Positions 39,184 to 48,446 of a DNA stretch of 64,000 bases are shown piece by piece. Where the stretch lies: IMG/VR virus record IMGVR_UViG_3300024350_000252, positions 174,048-238,047 of that record. One strand, written 5' to 3'. Made by a program: the position numbers and the translations under genes. How positions within the stretch are numbered: the stretch's first letter is position 1; the number at the start of each line of letters is the position of its first letter. The notes beneath the pieces are model-generated. The model searched no databases. It was not told the DNA's origin and saw only the letters and a program-made list of their open reading frames with translations.

Positions 39184-40842
39184 ATGGAAGATAATGTCAA
39201 AAGCGTAGCCACTGATTTATTCTACAAAGTTAGAAGCCGTTTTTCTGGCTTAAAACTAGGGAAAGAAACCGGTGAAGTAACAATAAATCCCGAAGAAGCT
39301 GTATTTTTCGACTTTGATTATATGGAGGGCGAAAACCCATTAGGACACGTGAGTGTGAGCCTAGCAGAGCCCGGAAGCATGAAAGTCTATTATAGTACAG
39401 GTATCACAGAATCAATGAACCCTTTACAGAAAAACAATTGGTATGATTTTCTTAGAGGTTTAAGAGAATTTGCTAAACGCAGATTGATGACTTTTGACAC
39501 CAGAGATATCACAAAAGATTATCTAGACAAGAGAGACTTCGCTTTCTTGTCTCAGTACTCAAACAATTCACAGGTCGGAGAATCGGTTATGAAAGAAGGA
39601 ATGTATGGTAGCTCAAAGACTAGCTATCAAAAATTAGAAAATACGAAATTAATCGTCAAGCACAGTAAACAAGTAGACGAAAATTCTCCAGGTTCAAGGA
39701 CCAGGAATATCGTAGGACTGTTCATCGAAAACAGCGCAGGAGAAAGATTCAAATATCCTTTCATCCATTTAGCTGGAGCGAGAGCGATGCAACGTCATGT
39801 ACAAGAAGGTGGTTTGCCTTATGATCCAATTGGCAAGCATATCGTAGGCATCAGTGAACAAATAGCACAATTGAAAAATTTCAATAACTATGTAACAAAA
39901 AACAATCTAATCACAGTAGAAACTATCAACATCATGGATAGGAGCAAAGGCGCACTTGACAAGTTGAGAGAAGAGATACAAAAACTATCGAGAAAATCTT
40001 ATTACGAGCAATTCAAGACTAACTTTAAAGAATCTTCTCTACAAGAAATTCCAGAGGATGTAATCGAAGATCTAACAAATAAATTCACAGTAAAGAATTT
40101 CAAAGAAGATATCAAATCCGTGTTTCCTATCATTTATAACTTGATGCAAGAGGAAAACGGTTTAGGCTATGACGACATAGTCGCAATTGATTTAGTAGAT
40201 CAAGACGAGCCAGTACAAGAAGAAACACATGAGTATGTTTCTAACTTTGACAAGTTTGAATCATGGGTATTCAACCTAGGTGAAGAAAGTGCTATACTCA
40301 GCACAGACGAAGATGAAAGATCGGCTGCTGTAACCAAACTGGGTGAATTGATCAATCAACATTTTCCAGCAGGCACCGATGGCACTAACGCTATAGAGGC
40401 ATTAAATGGTATCATCGATGATCCAGGCCTAAACAGTCAGATCAAGGCTGCTGCCAAGCAAGATCCAGATGCGTGTGTAAGACCATTAGTATACGAGTGG
40501 TTACAACAACATGCTCCTGAGATAGTCAACGAACTAGATTTTGGTGATATGGAGCAGCCACAAGAATCTCAAGAAGAAGAACCAGAACAAGAAGAACCAG
40601 AAACCACAGAATCTTATACTGTGAAAGATTTGGCAGAATTCATTGGTTCATTCTACGATAAAGAAGCAGGCGCATTTCCTAAAGGCCCAGAAGGTGTATC
40701 AATCATGGTAGGCAAAAAGTTTGGCGAAAGAGCTGAACAGATCGCAAGAAAGATGGTCGAAAGAATGGCTCCTCAGCAAACACATGAAAAGAATCCACAA
40801 CTAGCAGAACTGTCAAGAATTAAATCATTGGCAGGCATCTAA
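39184..40842 (+). CDS. Hypothetical protein (552 aa), late-expressed, acidic C-terminal half
   Basis: Long clean ORF; GATAAATA 5 nt before the ATG; ends LAELSRIKSLAGI. Confidence 0.75.
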   Translation: MEDNVKSVATDLFYKVRSRFSGLKLGKETGEVTINPEEAVFFDFDYMEGENPLGHVSVSLAEPGSMKVYYSTGITESMNPLQKNNWYDFLRGLREFAKRRLMTFDTRDITKDYLDKRDFAFLSQYSNNSQVGESVMKEGMYGSSKTSYQKLENTKLIVKHSKQVDENSPGSRTRNIVGLFIENSAGERFKYPFIHLAGARAMQRHVQEGGLPYDPIGKHIVGISEQIAQLKNFNNYVTKNNLITVETINIMDRSKGALDKLREEIQKLSRKSYYEQFKTNFKESSLQEIPEDVIEDLTNKFTVKNFKEDIKSVFPIIYNLMQEENGLGYDDIVAIDLVDQDEPVQEETHEYVSNFDKFESWVFNLGEESAILSTDEDERSAAVTKLGELINQHFPAGTDGTNAIEALNGIIDDPGLNSQIKAAAKQDPDACVRPLVYEWLQQHAPEIVNELDFGDMEQPQESQEEEPEQEEPETTESYTVKDLAEFIGSFYDKEAGAFPKGPEGVSIMVGKKFGERAEQIARKMVERMAPQQTHEKNPQLAELSRIKSLAGI

Positions 40843-40846
40843 CAAC

Positions 40847-40873
40847 TAGGGCACTTCGGTGCCCTATCTTTTT
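40847..40873 (+). terminator. Rho-independent terminator with UUCG tetraloop
   Basis: TAGGGCAC-TTCG-GTGCCCTA-TCTTTTT. Confidence 0.9.
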
Positions 40874-40893
40874 GGCGAAATTCCTGTAAACTT

Positions 40894-40922
40894 TTTACGC
40901 AGTAAAACGTTCTATATATAAC
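40894..40922 (+). promoter_or_regulatory. Candidate sigma70/early-type promoter for the secreted microprotein
   Basis: TTTACG-17 nt-TATAAC. Confidence 0.5.
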
Positions 40923-40959
40923 ACAGATAGTTTTCTGTGTCTTTTAAAAGGAATTTCAT

Positions 40960-41157
40960 ATGAAATCGATCGTAGCATTATTCGCATCACTAGCATTCGC
41001 ATCTGTAGCACTAGCCGCAGAACCAGCTAAGAAAGAAGAAAAGAAGGTAGAAGCCAAGCCAGCAGCCGCAGCACCCGCAGCTAAAGACGCTAAGGCCCCA
41101 GCCGCTAAAAGCGATACCAAGCCTGCTGATAAAAAAGCCGAAGCTCCTAAGAAGTAA
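40960..41157 (+). CDS. Small secreted Ala/Lys/Pro-rich protein with Sec signal peptide (65 aa)
   Basis: MKSIVALFASLAFASVALA|AEP (AxA cleavage site); low-complexity mature part; SD AGGA. Confidence 0.75.
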   Translation: MKSIVALFASLAFASVALAAEPAKKEEKKVEAKPAAAAPAAKDAKAPAAKSDTKPADKKAEAPKK

Positions 41158-41359
41158 TCCAACAAGAAGGTCACTCATCGTCAACGGAGATGATCTAGGT
41201 TATCTAATAGACGATGAGGATCTGCTGTCAGGATACAGAACTCCTGAACTAGTCAAAAGAAAAAAATCAGAAGATGATGATCTTTCAGATTACGTTAGAT
41301 GGAGATTGTTCTTAGCAAGGCAACTGGCTTTGTTAAAGTACCGAGAAAAGTGGACATGA
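41051..41359 (+). CDS. Unannotated 102-codon open frame (+1 relative to the 40960 ORF) with no canonical start
   Basis: Open from after TAG at 41048-41050 to TGA at 41357-41359; 3' part reads GDDLGYLIDDEDLL..DDDLSDYVRWRLFLARQLALLKYREKWT; fills an otherwise empty 200-bp gap. Confidence 0.5.
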   Translation, partial: KPSQQPQHPQLKTLRPQPLKAIPSLLIKKPKLLRSNPTRRSLIVNGDDLGYLIDDEDLLSGYRTPELVKRKKSEDDDLSDYVRWRLFLARQLALLKYREKWT

Positions 41360-41396
41360 GCCACTTTTCTTTTGGTAGAAAAAAATCACAATTAAG

Positions 41397-41425
41397 TTGA
41401 CTTTACTAAATAAAACACGCATACT
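41397..41425 (+). promoter_or_regulatory. Sigma70-type promoter with embedded late promoter, upstream of gp32
   Basis: TTGACT-17 nt-CATACT; CTAAATA lies inside the spacer. Confidence 0.55.
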
Positions 41426-41477
41426 AACACTATGCGCAAGGCATACATTTTAAGGCATATAAAGGAGGCAAATTAAA

Positions 41478-42464
41478 ATGGCTACACTAGCAGAAATCCG
41501 TGCTAAACTTCAAGAAGCACAATCACGCCAAGGCGGCACATCTACAGGCGGCGGCGACAACGCAATTTACCCCCACTGGAATATGGAAGAAGGCAAGGAA
41601 GCCACTGTTCGATTCTTACCGGACGGTGATCCTAACAACACATTCTTCTGGGCAGAACGTGCGATGATCAAGCTGCCATTCGCAGGCATTAAAGGTGACA
41701 CTTCCAGTAAGCCAGTTACTGTACAAGTTCCCTGTGTTGAGATGTGGAATGAAACCTGTCCAATCCTAAGCGAAGTACGTGGTTGGTTTAAGGACAAGGC
41801 TCTAGAAGATATGGGCCGTAAGTATTGGAAGAAGCGTTCTTATATCTTCCAAGGTTTCGTTGTTAAGAGTCCTATCGCTGAAGATACGACACCAGCAAAT
41901 CCGATCCGCCGATTTATTATCGGTCCTCAGATCTTTACGATCATCCGTTCAGCATTGATGGATCCAGAACTCAACGAACTGCCAACTGATTTCTTACATG
42001 GTGTGGATTTCCGCATCGCTAAGACTTCTAAGGGCGGGTATGCTGACTACTCTACTTCTAAGTGGAGCCGTAATGAACGTGCTCTATCTCCAGAAGAATC
42101 GGCTGCTATCGAAGCAAATGGCTTGTTCAATCTAAAAGACTTCTTGCCCAAGAAGCCAACAGATGTTGAACTCAAGGTCATGAAAGAAATGTTCGAAGCA
42201 TCAGTTGACGGTGAAGCATACGACATGGATCGTTGGGGTCAATATTTCAAACCAGCCGGCATGAGCCAGCAAACTGGTGATCCATTGAAGCAAAATGGTG
42301 CGGCTCAGGCAGCAACAACACAAGCATCTGAAGATTATGATGATGAGCCAACACAGGCTGCTCCTGCGGCTAAGGCAGCACCTGCTCCTACTAACACTAA
42401 TTCTGAATCAGCAAGTCGCGCACAAGATATCTTGGCGATGATTCGTAACCGTCAGAAGCAGTAA
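41478..42464 (+). CDS. gp32: Single-stranded DNA-binding protein
   Basis: ATVRFLP..CPI..WKKRSY..NPIRRFIIGPQIF..GVDFRI.KTSKGGYADYSTS; acidic flexible tail; SD GGAGG. Confidence 0.93.
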   Translation: MATLAEIRAKLQEAQSRQGGTSTGGGDNAIYPHWNMEEGKEATVRFLPDGDPNNTFFWAERAMIKLPFAGIKGDTSSKPVTVQVPCVEMWNETCPILSEVRGWFKDKALEDMGRKYWKKRSYIFQGFVVKSPIAEDTTPANPIRRFIIGPQIFTIIRSALMDPELNELPTDFLHGVDFRIAKTSKGGYADYSTSKWSRNERALSPEESAAIEANGLFNLKDFLPKKPTDVELKVMKEMFEASVDGEAYDMDRWGQYFKPAGMSQQTGDPLKQNGAAQAATTQASEDYDDEPTQAAPAAKAAPAPTNTNSESASRAQDILAMIRNRQKQ

Positions 42465-42472
42465 TAACACGG

Positions 42473-42511
42473 CTCGGGCCTCTGAGACATAGTTCTTACG
42501 CCCGAGTTTTT
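42473..42511 (+). terminator. Probable terminator with long loop
   Basis: CTCGGGC..20 nt..GCCCGAG-TTTTT. Confidence 0.55.
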
Positions 42512-42528
42512 CATCTAGGAGATTAATA

Positions 42529-42720
42529 ATGGCAAAACTAACAAAACTAGCAAAAGTCAGTGAATCTATCACTATCAATCGTTATGACAACGCATGGATG
42601 GTTGAAATTGGTGGACGTGACAAGAAAGAAGATTGGAAAAATACTAAGACAGTATGTAATACTGAACAAGAGTTAGTTGATCTAATCAAAGAATATAATA
42701 CGATGGAGTTGGATAATTGA
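42529..42720 (+). CDS. Hypothetical protein (63 aa)
   Basis: SD AGGAG; 1-nt gap to uvsX. Confidence 0.75.
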   Translation: MAKLTKLAKVSESITINRYDNAWMVEIGGRDKKEDWKNTKTVCNTEQELVDLIKEYNTMELDN

Positions 42721-42721
42721 T

Positions 42722-43795
42722 ATGGCTAATAAACCGTTTGACGTTTCAAAATTTAGAAAAAATCTAACAAAGAGTATCGACGGTCTTAGCATTGGCTTCA
42801 ACGATCCGACGGATTGGATTTCAACTGGCAACTATGCCTTGAACTATCTTATCAGTGGCGATTTCAACAGAGGCGTGCCATTAGGCAAAGTCACTGTGTT
42901 CGCAGGTGAATCAGGCGCAGGTAAAAGTTTTATCTGTTCTGGTAATCTTGTACGTCACGCACAAGAACAAGGTATATTTGTAGTTCTCGTCGACAGCGAA
43001 AATGCTCTAGACGAAAATTGGTTGAAAGCATTGAACGTAGATACCAGCGAAGAAAAACTACTCAAACTCAACATGGCTATGATCGATGATGTTGCTAAGA
43101 CTATCAACGAGTTCATGTCAGAATACAAAGCTATGCCCGATGGTGATCGACCAAAGGTATTGTTTGTTATCGACAGTCTAGGTATGTTGTTGACTCCAAC
43201 TGATGTTAATCAGTTTGAAGCAGGTGATTTGAAAGGTGACATGGGTCGTAAACCTAAGGCACTGACAGCACTTGTTCGTAACTGTGTTAATATGTTTGGC
43301 AGTCATAATGTTGGCCTAGTAGCAACTAATCATACATACGCAAGTCAAGACATGTTCGATCCTGACGACAAGATTTCAGGTGGGCAGGGTTTTATCTATG
43401 CGTCAAGCATTGTAGTTGCTATGAAAAAGCTCAAGCTCAAAGAAGATGATGATGGCAACAAGATTTCAGAAGTTAGAGGTATCCGTGCCGCATGTAAGAT
43501 CATGAAGACACGTTATGCTAAACCTTTTGAATCAGTACAGGTAAAAATTCCTTACGAAACAGGTATGAATCCATATAGTGGACTGGTCGACTTGTTTGAA
43601 GCTAAAGGTATGCTCAAGAAAGAAGGAAATGCTTTGGCCTATACAACCAGCGATGGCGAGATCATCAAACAGTTCCGTAAGGCTTGGGAAAAGAATGAGA
43701 AAGAAGGTCTAGACAAAATCATGGAAGACATTTCAAATCATGGCGAAAAATCCGTTTCAGAGATAATTACAACTGTTGAAACGGAGACTATCTAA
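42722..43795 (+). CDS. uvsX: RecA-like recombinase UvsX
   Basis: WISTGNYALN..GKVTVFAGESGAGKS, VDSENALD, VIDSLG, TNHTY, GGQG..YASSIV, KTRYAKPF. Confidence 0.95.
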   Translation: MANKPFDVSKFRKNLTKSIDGLSIGFNDPTDWISTGNYALNYLISGDFNRGVPLGKVTVFAGESGAGKSFICSGNLVRHAQEQGIFVVLVDSENALDENWLKALNVDTSEEKLLKLNMAMIDDVAKTINEFMSEYKAMPDGDRPKVLFVIDSLGMLLTPTDVNQFEAGDLKGDMGRKPKALTALVRNCVNMFGSHNVGLVATNHTYASQDMFDPDDKISGGQGFIYASSIVVAMKKLKLKEDDDGNKISEVRGIRAACKIMKTRYAKPFESVQVKIPYETGMNPYSGLVDLFEAKGMLKKEGNALAYTTSDGEIIKQFRKAWEKNEKEGLDKIMEDISNHGEKSVSEIITTVETETI

Positions 43796-43797
43796 CC

Positions 43798-44052
43798 ATG
43801 AAAGAAGACCTGATTGCTGATCTTTGGACCACGCTTGTCGAATTTATTCCTGAAAAACAAAAGAAGGAAGCCGCACAGAATTTTGTAGATATACTATTAG
43901 ACTATGGTATCAAAGAATCTGTGTTAGATGATTTGCTAGGCGTTGATCCGTATCTCGATCAAGCTATTGATTATGTCGCAGACGAAAAAGGCTACGATGA
44001 CAGTGAAGAAGACTATCACGACGATGACGATTCTTACGATGACGAGGACTAA
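43798..44052 (+). CDS. Hypothetical acidic protein (84 aa)
   Basis: Packed between uvsX and uvsY; Asp-rich tail. Confidence 0.7.
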   Translation: MKEDLIADLWTTLVEFIPEKQKKEAAQNFVDILLDYGIKESVLDDLLGVDPYLDQAIDYVADEKGYDDSEEDYHDDDDSYDDED

Positions 44053-44507
44053 TGAATTGGTACGATAAAATATCCAAAGATATTTCTAATATCCCAGATG
44101 CTGTAGCTTATTTTGAATCTGAGCTACAGCAAGCAAGGATAGAATGTAAGATCTTTGGAAACATCGAAAAGGCTTCGGCATCTATGCCTGGTATAGTAGA
44201 AAATCGCTTTGGTCAATTACAAGAGATCGAAGCGATTCTCGAATACCTTAATATAGAGTTACGTCGACTAAAAAGTCAACATTTTAGAAAATATCTTGAA
44301 AACTATCAACGTGCTTTGTCATCTAGAGACTGTGAAAAGTTTGTAGACGGCGAAGCAGACGTTGTAGATTTTGAAAAGATTATCAATGAATTTGCTCTAC
44401 TACGCAACAAATGGTTAGGTATTACCAAAGCACTTGATCAGAAACAATGGCAATTGACTAATATAGTCAAACTCAGAATTGCCGGCATGGAAGACGCCAC
44501 TCTGTAA
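44052..44507 (+). CDS. uvsY: Recombination mediator UvsY
   Basis: KYLENYQRALSSRDCEKFVDGE..KWLGITKALDQKQWQLTNIVKLRIAGMEDA; position after uvsX. Confidence 0.85.
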   Translation: MNWYDKISKDISNIPDAVAYFESELQQARIECKIFGNIEKASASMPGIVENRFGQLQEIEAILEYLNIELRRLKSQHFRKYLENYQRALSSRDCEKFVDGEADVVDFEKIINEFALLRNKWLGITKALDQKQWQLTNIVKLRIAGMEDATL

Positions 44508-44525
44508 TACCACAAAAACATAGCA

Positions 44526-44533
44526 TATAAATA
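44526..44533 (+). promoter_or_regulatory. T4-type late promoter (perfect consensus)
   Basis: TATAAATA-ttgct-ATG (44539). Confidence 0.85.
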
Positions 44534-44538
44534 TTGCT

Positions 44539-45297
44539 ATGAAAATAGTTTTAGTAACAGGTGGTTTTGATCCGATACATTCCGGACACATCTCATATCT
44601 CAAATCCGCAAAATCTCTAGGAGACAAACTGGTCGTTGGACTAAACAGCGACAGTTGGTTGGCCAGAAAGAAAGGCGCTGCGTTCATGCCCATAGAAGAA
44701 CGCAAAGTTATTCTTAAAGCTATCAAGCCTGTAGATTATGTTTTAGAATTTAATGATACTGATGGCACAGCATTAGATGCTATCCGAAAGACTAGGTTAA
44801 ATTTTCCCGGAGATAGTATAATATTCGCCAATGGCGGGGATAGAACCAAAGATAATATTCCAGAAATGACTACTGACGATTACGATACTACATTCGTTTT
44901 CGGAGTAGGCGGTGATGATAAGAAAAATTCCAGCAGCTGGATATTACAAGAGTGGAAAGCACCGAAGACCGAACGTCCATGGGGATATTATCGTGTGTTA
45001 CACGAAATTCCCGGAACAAAGGTAAAAGAACTTACAGTCAATCCTGGACAAAGTCTCAGTATGCAAAAACATCAGTCAAGGGCAGAATACTGGCACGTAG
45101 CATCGGGTTCGTGTGTGGTAAATGCCATCATGGCCAGCGGATATGTTTTACCTTCTAAAACTTTAGAACAACATGACGAATATAAAGTACCTCTAGGGGA
45201 ATGGCATCAATTGACAAATCCTTTTGATGAACCTTGTAAGATCGTAGAAATACAGTATGGCGAGCGATGTGTAGAAGAAGACATTGAAAGAAAATGA
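44539..45297 (+). CDS. Cytidylyltransferase-like domain fused to a mannose-6-phosphate-isomerase-type cupin
   Basis: TGGFDPIHSGH, GLNSD..RKKG, FANGGDR; ERPWGYY..KELTVNPGQSLSMQKH..RAEYWHV..IVEIQYG...EEDIER. Confidence 0.88.
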   Translation: MKIVLVTGGFDPIHSGHISYLKSAKSLGDKLVVGLNSDSWLARKKGAAFMPIEERKVILKAIKPVDYVLEFNDTDGTALDAIRKTRLNFPGDSIIFANGGDRTKDNIPEMTTDDYDTTFVFGVGGDDKKNSSSWILQEWKAPKTERPWGYYRVLHEIPGTKVKELTVNPGQSLSMQKHQSRAEYWHVASGSCVVNAIMASGYVLPSKTLEQHDEYKVPLGEWHQLTNPFDEPCKIVEIQYGERCVEEDIERK

Positions 45298-46094
45298 AAG
45301 ATTGGATTTTCTTAAGCAAAGATGGCCAAGATGAATATATCAATATGTTTGCCAAAGGATGTGGATCAGAATCCGTAAACACAGAAGACTTTGATTATGA
45401 TTCTAGCGATCTTCCTATAGTTCTAAGAGGCATTCTAAAACACAAGATAATGAAACGCTGTTGGGAAGATCGAAGAGACTTTTACTATGTAGATACCGGA
45501 TATTTTGGCAACGAACGCACTACAAATAATCCTAACGGTTGGAAATATTGGCACAGGATAGTTAAAAACAATCTTCAACATGGGGAAATAATATCAAGGC
45601 CAGATGATAGATTTCGCAGGTTCGGAAAAAAATTCCAACCGTGGAAAAAGACCGGTAAGAAAATACTAATAGCTAAACCAGATGTCAAACCTTGTAAATT
45701 TTACGGTGTAGATCTAGAACAATGGACTACTGATACTATAGCAGAGATCAAAAAACACACAGACAGGCCTGTAGAGGTTCGTGAAAGAGCACCCAAGCGT
45801 ATTGATAGAATAAAGACATCTACGTTACAACAAGCATTAGATGATGATGTATTTGCTCTAGTAACATTTAACAGTGTAGCTGCTGTAGAAAGCATATTTC
45901 ACGGAATACCTGCGTTTACTTTAGCTCCTGCTAATGCTGCTAGCCCTGTTAGTTTACAAGACATTAGCCAAATAGAAAAACCCTACTATCCAGACAGCGA
46001 TAAATTATATGCGTGGGCCTGTCATCTAGCTTATGGTCAGTTCCATGTGTCGGAATTAAAAAATGGTGCGGCTAGGGAGATGTTAAATGCCTGA
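45294..46094 (+). CDS. Capsule-synthesis (KpsS/KpsC-like) glycosyltransferase
   Basis: YYVDTGYF..IKKHTDRPVEVR..LVTFNSVAAVESIFHGIPAF..W..HLAYGQF. Confidence 0.6.
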   Translation: MKDWIFLSKDGQDEYINMFAKGCGSESVNTEDFDYDSSDLPIVLRGILKHKIMKRCWEDRRDFYYVDTGYFGNERTTNNPNGWKYWHRIVKNNLQHGEIISRPDDRFRRFGKKFQPWKKTGKKILIAKPDVKPCKFYGVDLEQWTTDTIAEIKKHTDRPVEVRERAPKRIDRIKTSTLQQALDDDVFALVTFNSVAAVESIFHGIPAFTLAPANAASPVSLQDISQIEKPYYPDSDKLYAWACHLAYGQFHVSELKNGAAREMLNA

Positions 46095-47532
46095 AATGAT
46101 CAAGGTATTTGTAGGTTTTGATTCTAGAGAAGAAATCGCCTACGAAGTCTGTAAACATTCAATTTTAAAACACAATAAGAACGTAAAAGTTTCTCCGTTG
46201 AAACAAGACCATCTAAGAAGATTGGGATTATATTGGAGACCAACTGATCCGTTATCAAGCACCGAATTTACCTTTACAAGATTCTTAGTACCGGCACTTT
46301 GTAACTATCAAGGCTGGGCAGTTTTTTGTGATTGCGATTTTATATGGACTGAAGACATTGCCAATTTACTAGCCAAGGCTGATCCTAAGTATGCTGTGAT
46401 GTGTGTACATCATGACTACACTGTAAAAAATACAGTCAAGATGGATGGAAAAGAACAGACTATCTATCCTAGGAAAAACTGGAGTTCGATGGTGTTATTC
46501 AACTGCGGACATCCATCTAATCGAACATTAACCGCAGATTTAGTTAATAAAGAAACGGGCAAGTATCTACATAGATTTGGTTGGTTAAAAGATGAAGAGA
46601 TTGGCGAAATATCTCATGAATGGAATTGGTTAGTTGGTGTATATTCTGAATCAACTGGCGGAAAACCTAGAGCTATACATTATACAGAAGGCGGCCCGTG
46701 GTTCGATAATTATAGAACTTGTGAATATGCTGATGTATGGAATAACTATCTTCTATCGTATTCGTTAGATATCATACAAAAGGATAAACAAGCAGACATT
46801 GATATTCCTATAACATGGGTCACAAGTCTTAGTAGAGAATATTGGAACATAATTGCCGAAGCCACATTGCCTACATGGAGTAATCTCCCTGGACAGGTAG
46901 TATTTGTTTGGGACGATAAACCAAAAGATCTAGGATTTGGTTACAATTTTATGTTCAGCAAAGACGTATGTCCGGATTCCGATCCTTGGATACGAGAAAA
47001 GATGGGTTCTTACAAGTCTGACAGATTTTGGAAAAAGAGCCGTGTACAAGTATGGGCAGCACGTAAATTTAAAGGTCTAGTAGTTTGGTTAGATGCCGAT
47101 ATATCTGTTAAGAACAATATTGATCTTGATACCGCTATTAAACTTTTACATCCCAGAGAAAAAGTATGTGGTATATTAGATTGTGGCGGCGAATGGGACG
47201 TTGACACTGGGCTCGTTACTTTTAATACTGACCACGTAGCTATACACGACTTTATCAGCAAGTATTCATTGATGTGGTACAATGGGCAGATATCTACACT
47301 TCCTCAACCTTATGACCATTATGCTATGAGTAAATTGAGAAATAGCATAGCAATGAAAACATACGTGTTACCTAAGGAACAATGGAGAGAAACCCCAACT
47401 GAAAACATAAACAGATCAGCTATGCGTAATAGCATTTTCGATTATCACTTCGAACATCACTTAGGTATAGAAAATAAAGATGAAGTTCGTAGTAAATTTA
47501 GACAAATACCTTTAGTGAGTAGCAAACAATGA
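46087..47532 (+). CDS. Two-domain glycosyltransferase fusion (GT8-like plus GT-A)
   Basis: VFVGFDSRE..STEFTFTRFLVP..FCDCDF..YPRKNWSS..WNWLVG..IHYTEGGPW; second domain FWKK..VVWLDAD..GLVTFN. Confidence 0.8.
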   Translation: MPEMIKVFVGFDSREEIAYEVCKHSILKHNKNVKVSPLKQDHLRRLGLYWRPTDPLSSTEFTFTRFLVPALCNYQGWAVFCDCDFIWTEDIANLLAKADPKYAVMCVHHDYTVKNTVKMDGKEQTIYPRKNWSSMVLFNCGHPSNRTLTADLVNKETGKYLHRFGWLKDEEIGEISHEWNWLVGVYSESTGGKPRAIHYTEGGPWFDNYRTCEYADVWNNYLLSYSLDIIQKDKQADIDIPITWVTSLSREYWNIIAEATLPTWSNLPGQVVFVWDDKPKDLGFGYNFMFSKDVCPDSDPWIREKMGSYKSDRFWKKSRVQVWAARKFKGLVVWLDADISVKNNIDLDTAIKLLHPREKVCGILDCGGEWDVDTGLVTFNTDHVAIHDFISKYSLMWYNGQISTLPQPYDHYAMSKLRNSIAMKTYVLPKEQWRETPTENINRSAMRNSIFDYHFEHHLGIENKDEVRSKFRQIPLVSSKQ

Positions 47533-48446
47533 AAGTAGTTTGTTATATCTCAGCAATCCCGCCTAACAATAAAAATCAAGAAAAGAAAGATCTACATGTT
47601 CTTTTTGATCAAGGAGTTAAAACGATCGGTGACGAATCATTTTTGATGCATGGCACACAGATAATGGACTGTGATGTAGCATTACTACAAGGATGGGTAC
47701 ATGAAGGTTCTAAAAATGCTCCACACTTAAGATTGCGACAGGGAGTGATAGATCATCAACGCAATACAGGAAAGCATGTATTAATAGCTGATAGCAATCT
47801 TTTCCTTTATACCGACAAAGACAATCCTTTACATTATCTCAGATACAGTTTCGATGGCGTTTTTCCTACAACAGGAATTTATTTTGATAGAACGGTAGAT
47901 CCTTCAAGATGGCAACAGATTAAAAGAGATCACAAAATAGATATCAAAGACTGGAAAACAGATGGTGAATATATTCTTATTTGTACTCAAAGAAATGGCG
48001 GATGGAGCATGGGGTCTTTTGCTGTAACCAGCTGGTTAGATATGATAATCAGAGAAATACGACGGTATACTGATAGACCTATAGTAGTAAGAGGACATCC
48101 TGGAGACAGAAACACTGCGATATATCTAAAAGATTATGATCCAAGGTATACTTTAAGTAAAAATCCTAGTATACTAGATGATTTTAAAAATGCTAAAGCA
48201 GTTATCACTTATAATAGCAGTCCAGGCGTGGCTGCTGCTATAGAAGGTATTCCAGTTTTTGTAACAGACGATATGGCACAGAATAGTCAAGCATATGCTG
48301 TAGCAAATACTAACCTTTCGATGATAGAAAATCCCATCATGACTAATAATCGACAAGCATGGATCGAAAAAATCTGTATGAGTCACTGGAATTTTGAAGA
48401 ACTTAGGTCAGGTAAGGCCTGGGCACATTTTAAACAGTATGTCTGA
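47529..48446 (+). CDS. Capsule-synthesis (KpsS/KpsC-like) glycosyltransferase, paralogue
   Basis: IRRYTDRPIVVRGHPGD..VITYNSSPGVAAAIEGIPVF..HWNFEELRSG. Confidence 0.6.
   Translation: MKVVCYISAIPPNNKNQEKKDLHVLFDQGVKTIGDESFLMHGTQIMDCDVALLQGWVHEGSKNAPHLRLRQGVIDHQRNTGKHVLIADSNLFLYTDKDNPLHYLRYSFDGVFPTTGIYFDRTVDPSRWQQIKRDHKIDIKDWKTDGEYILICTQRNGGWSMGSFAVTSWLDMIIREIRRYTDRPIVVRGHPGDRNTAIYLKDYDPRYTLSKNPSILDDFKNAKAVITYNSSPGVAAAIEGIPVFVTDDMAQNSQAYAVANTNLSMIENPIMTNNRQAWIEKICMSHWNFEELRSGKAWAHFKQYV

Noticed and set aside
40956-41174. 72-aa hydrophobic antisense ORF as a toxin/antitoxin partner
   Set aside because: Its Ala/Leu richness is the reverse complement of the Ala/Lys codons of the sense microprotein; no independent signals.
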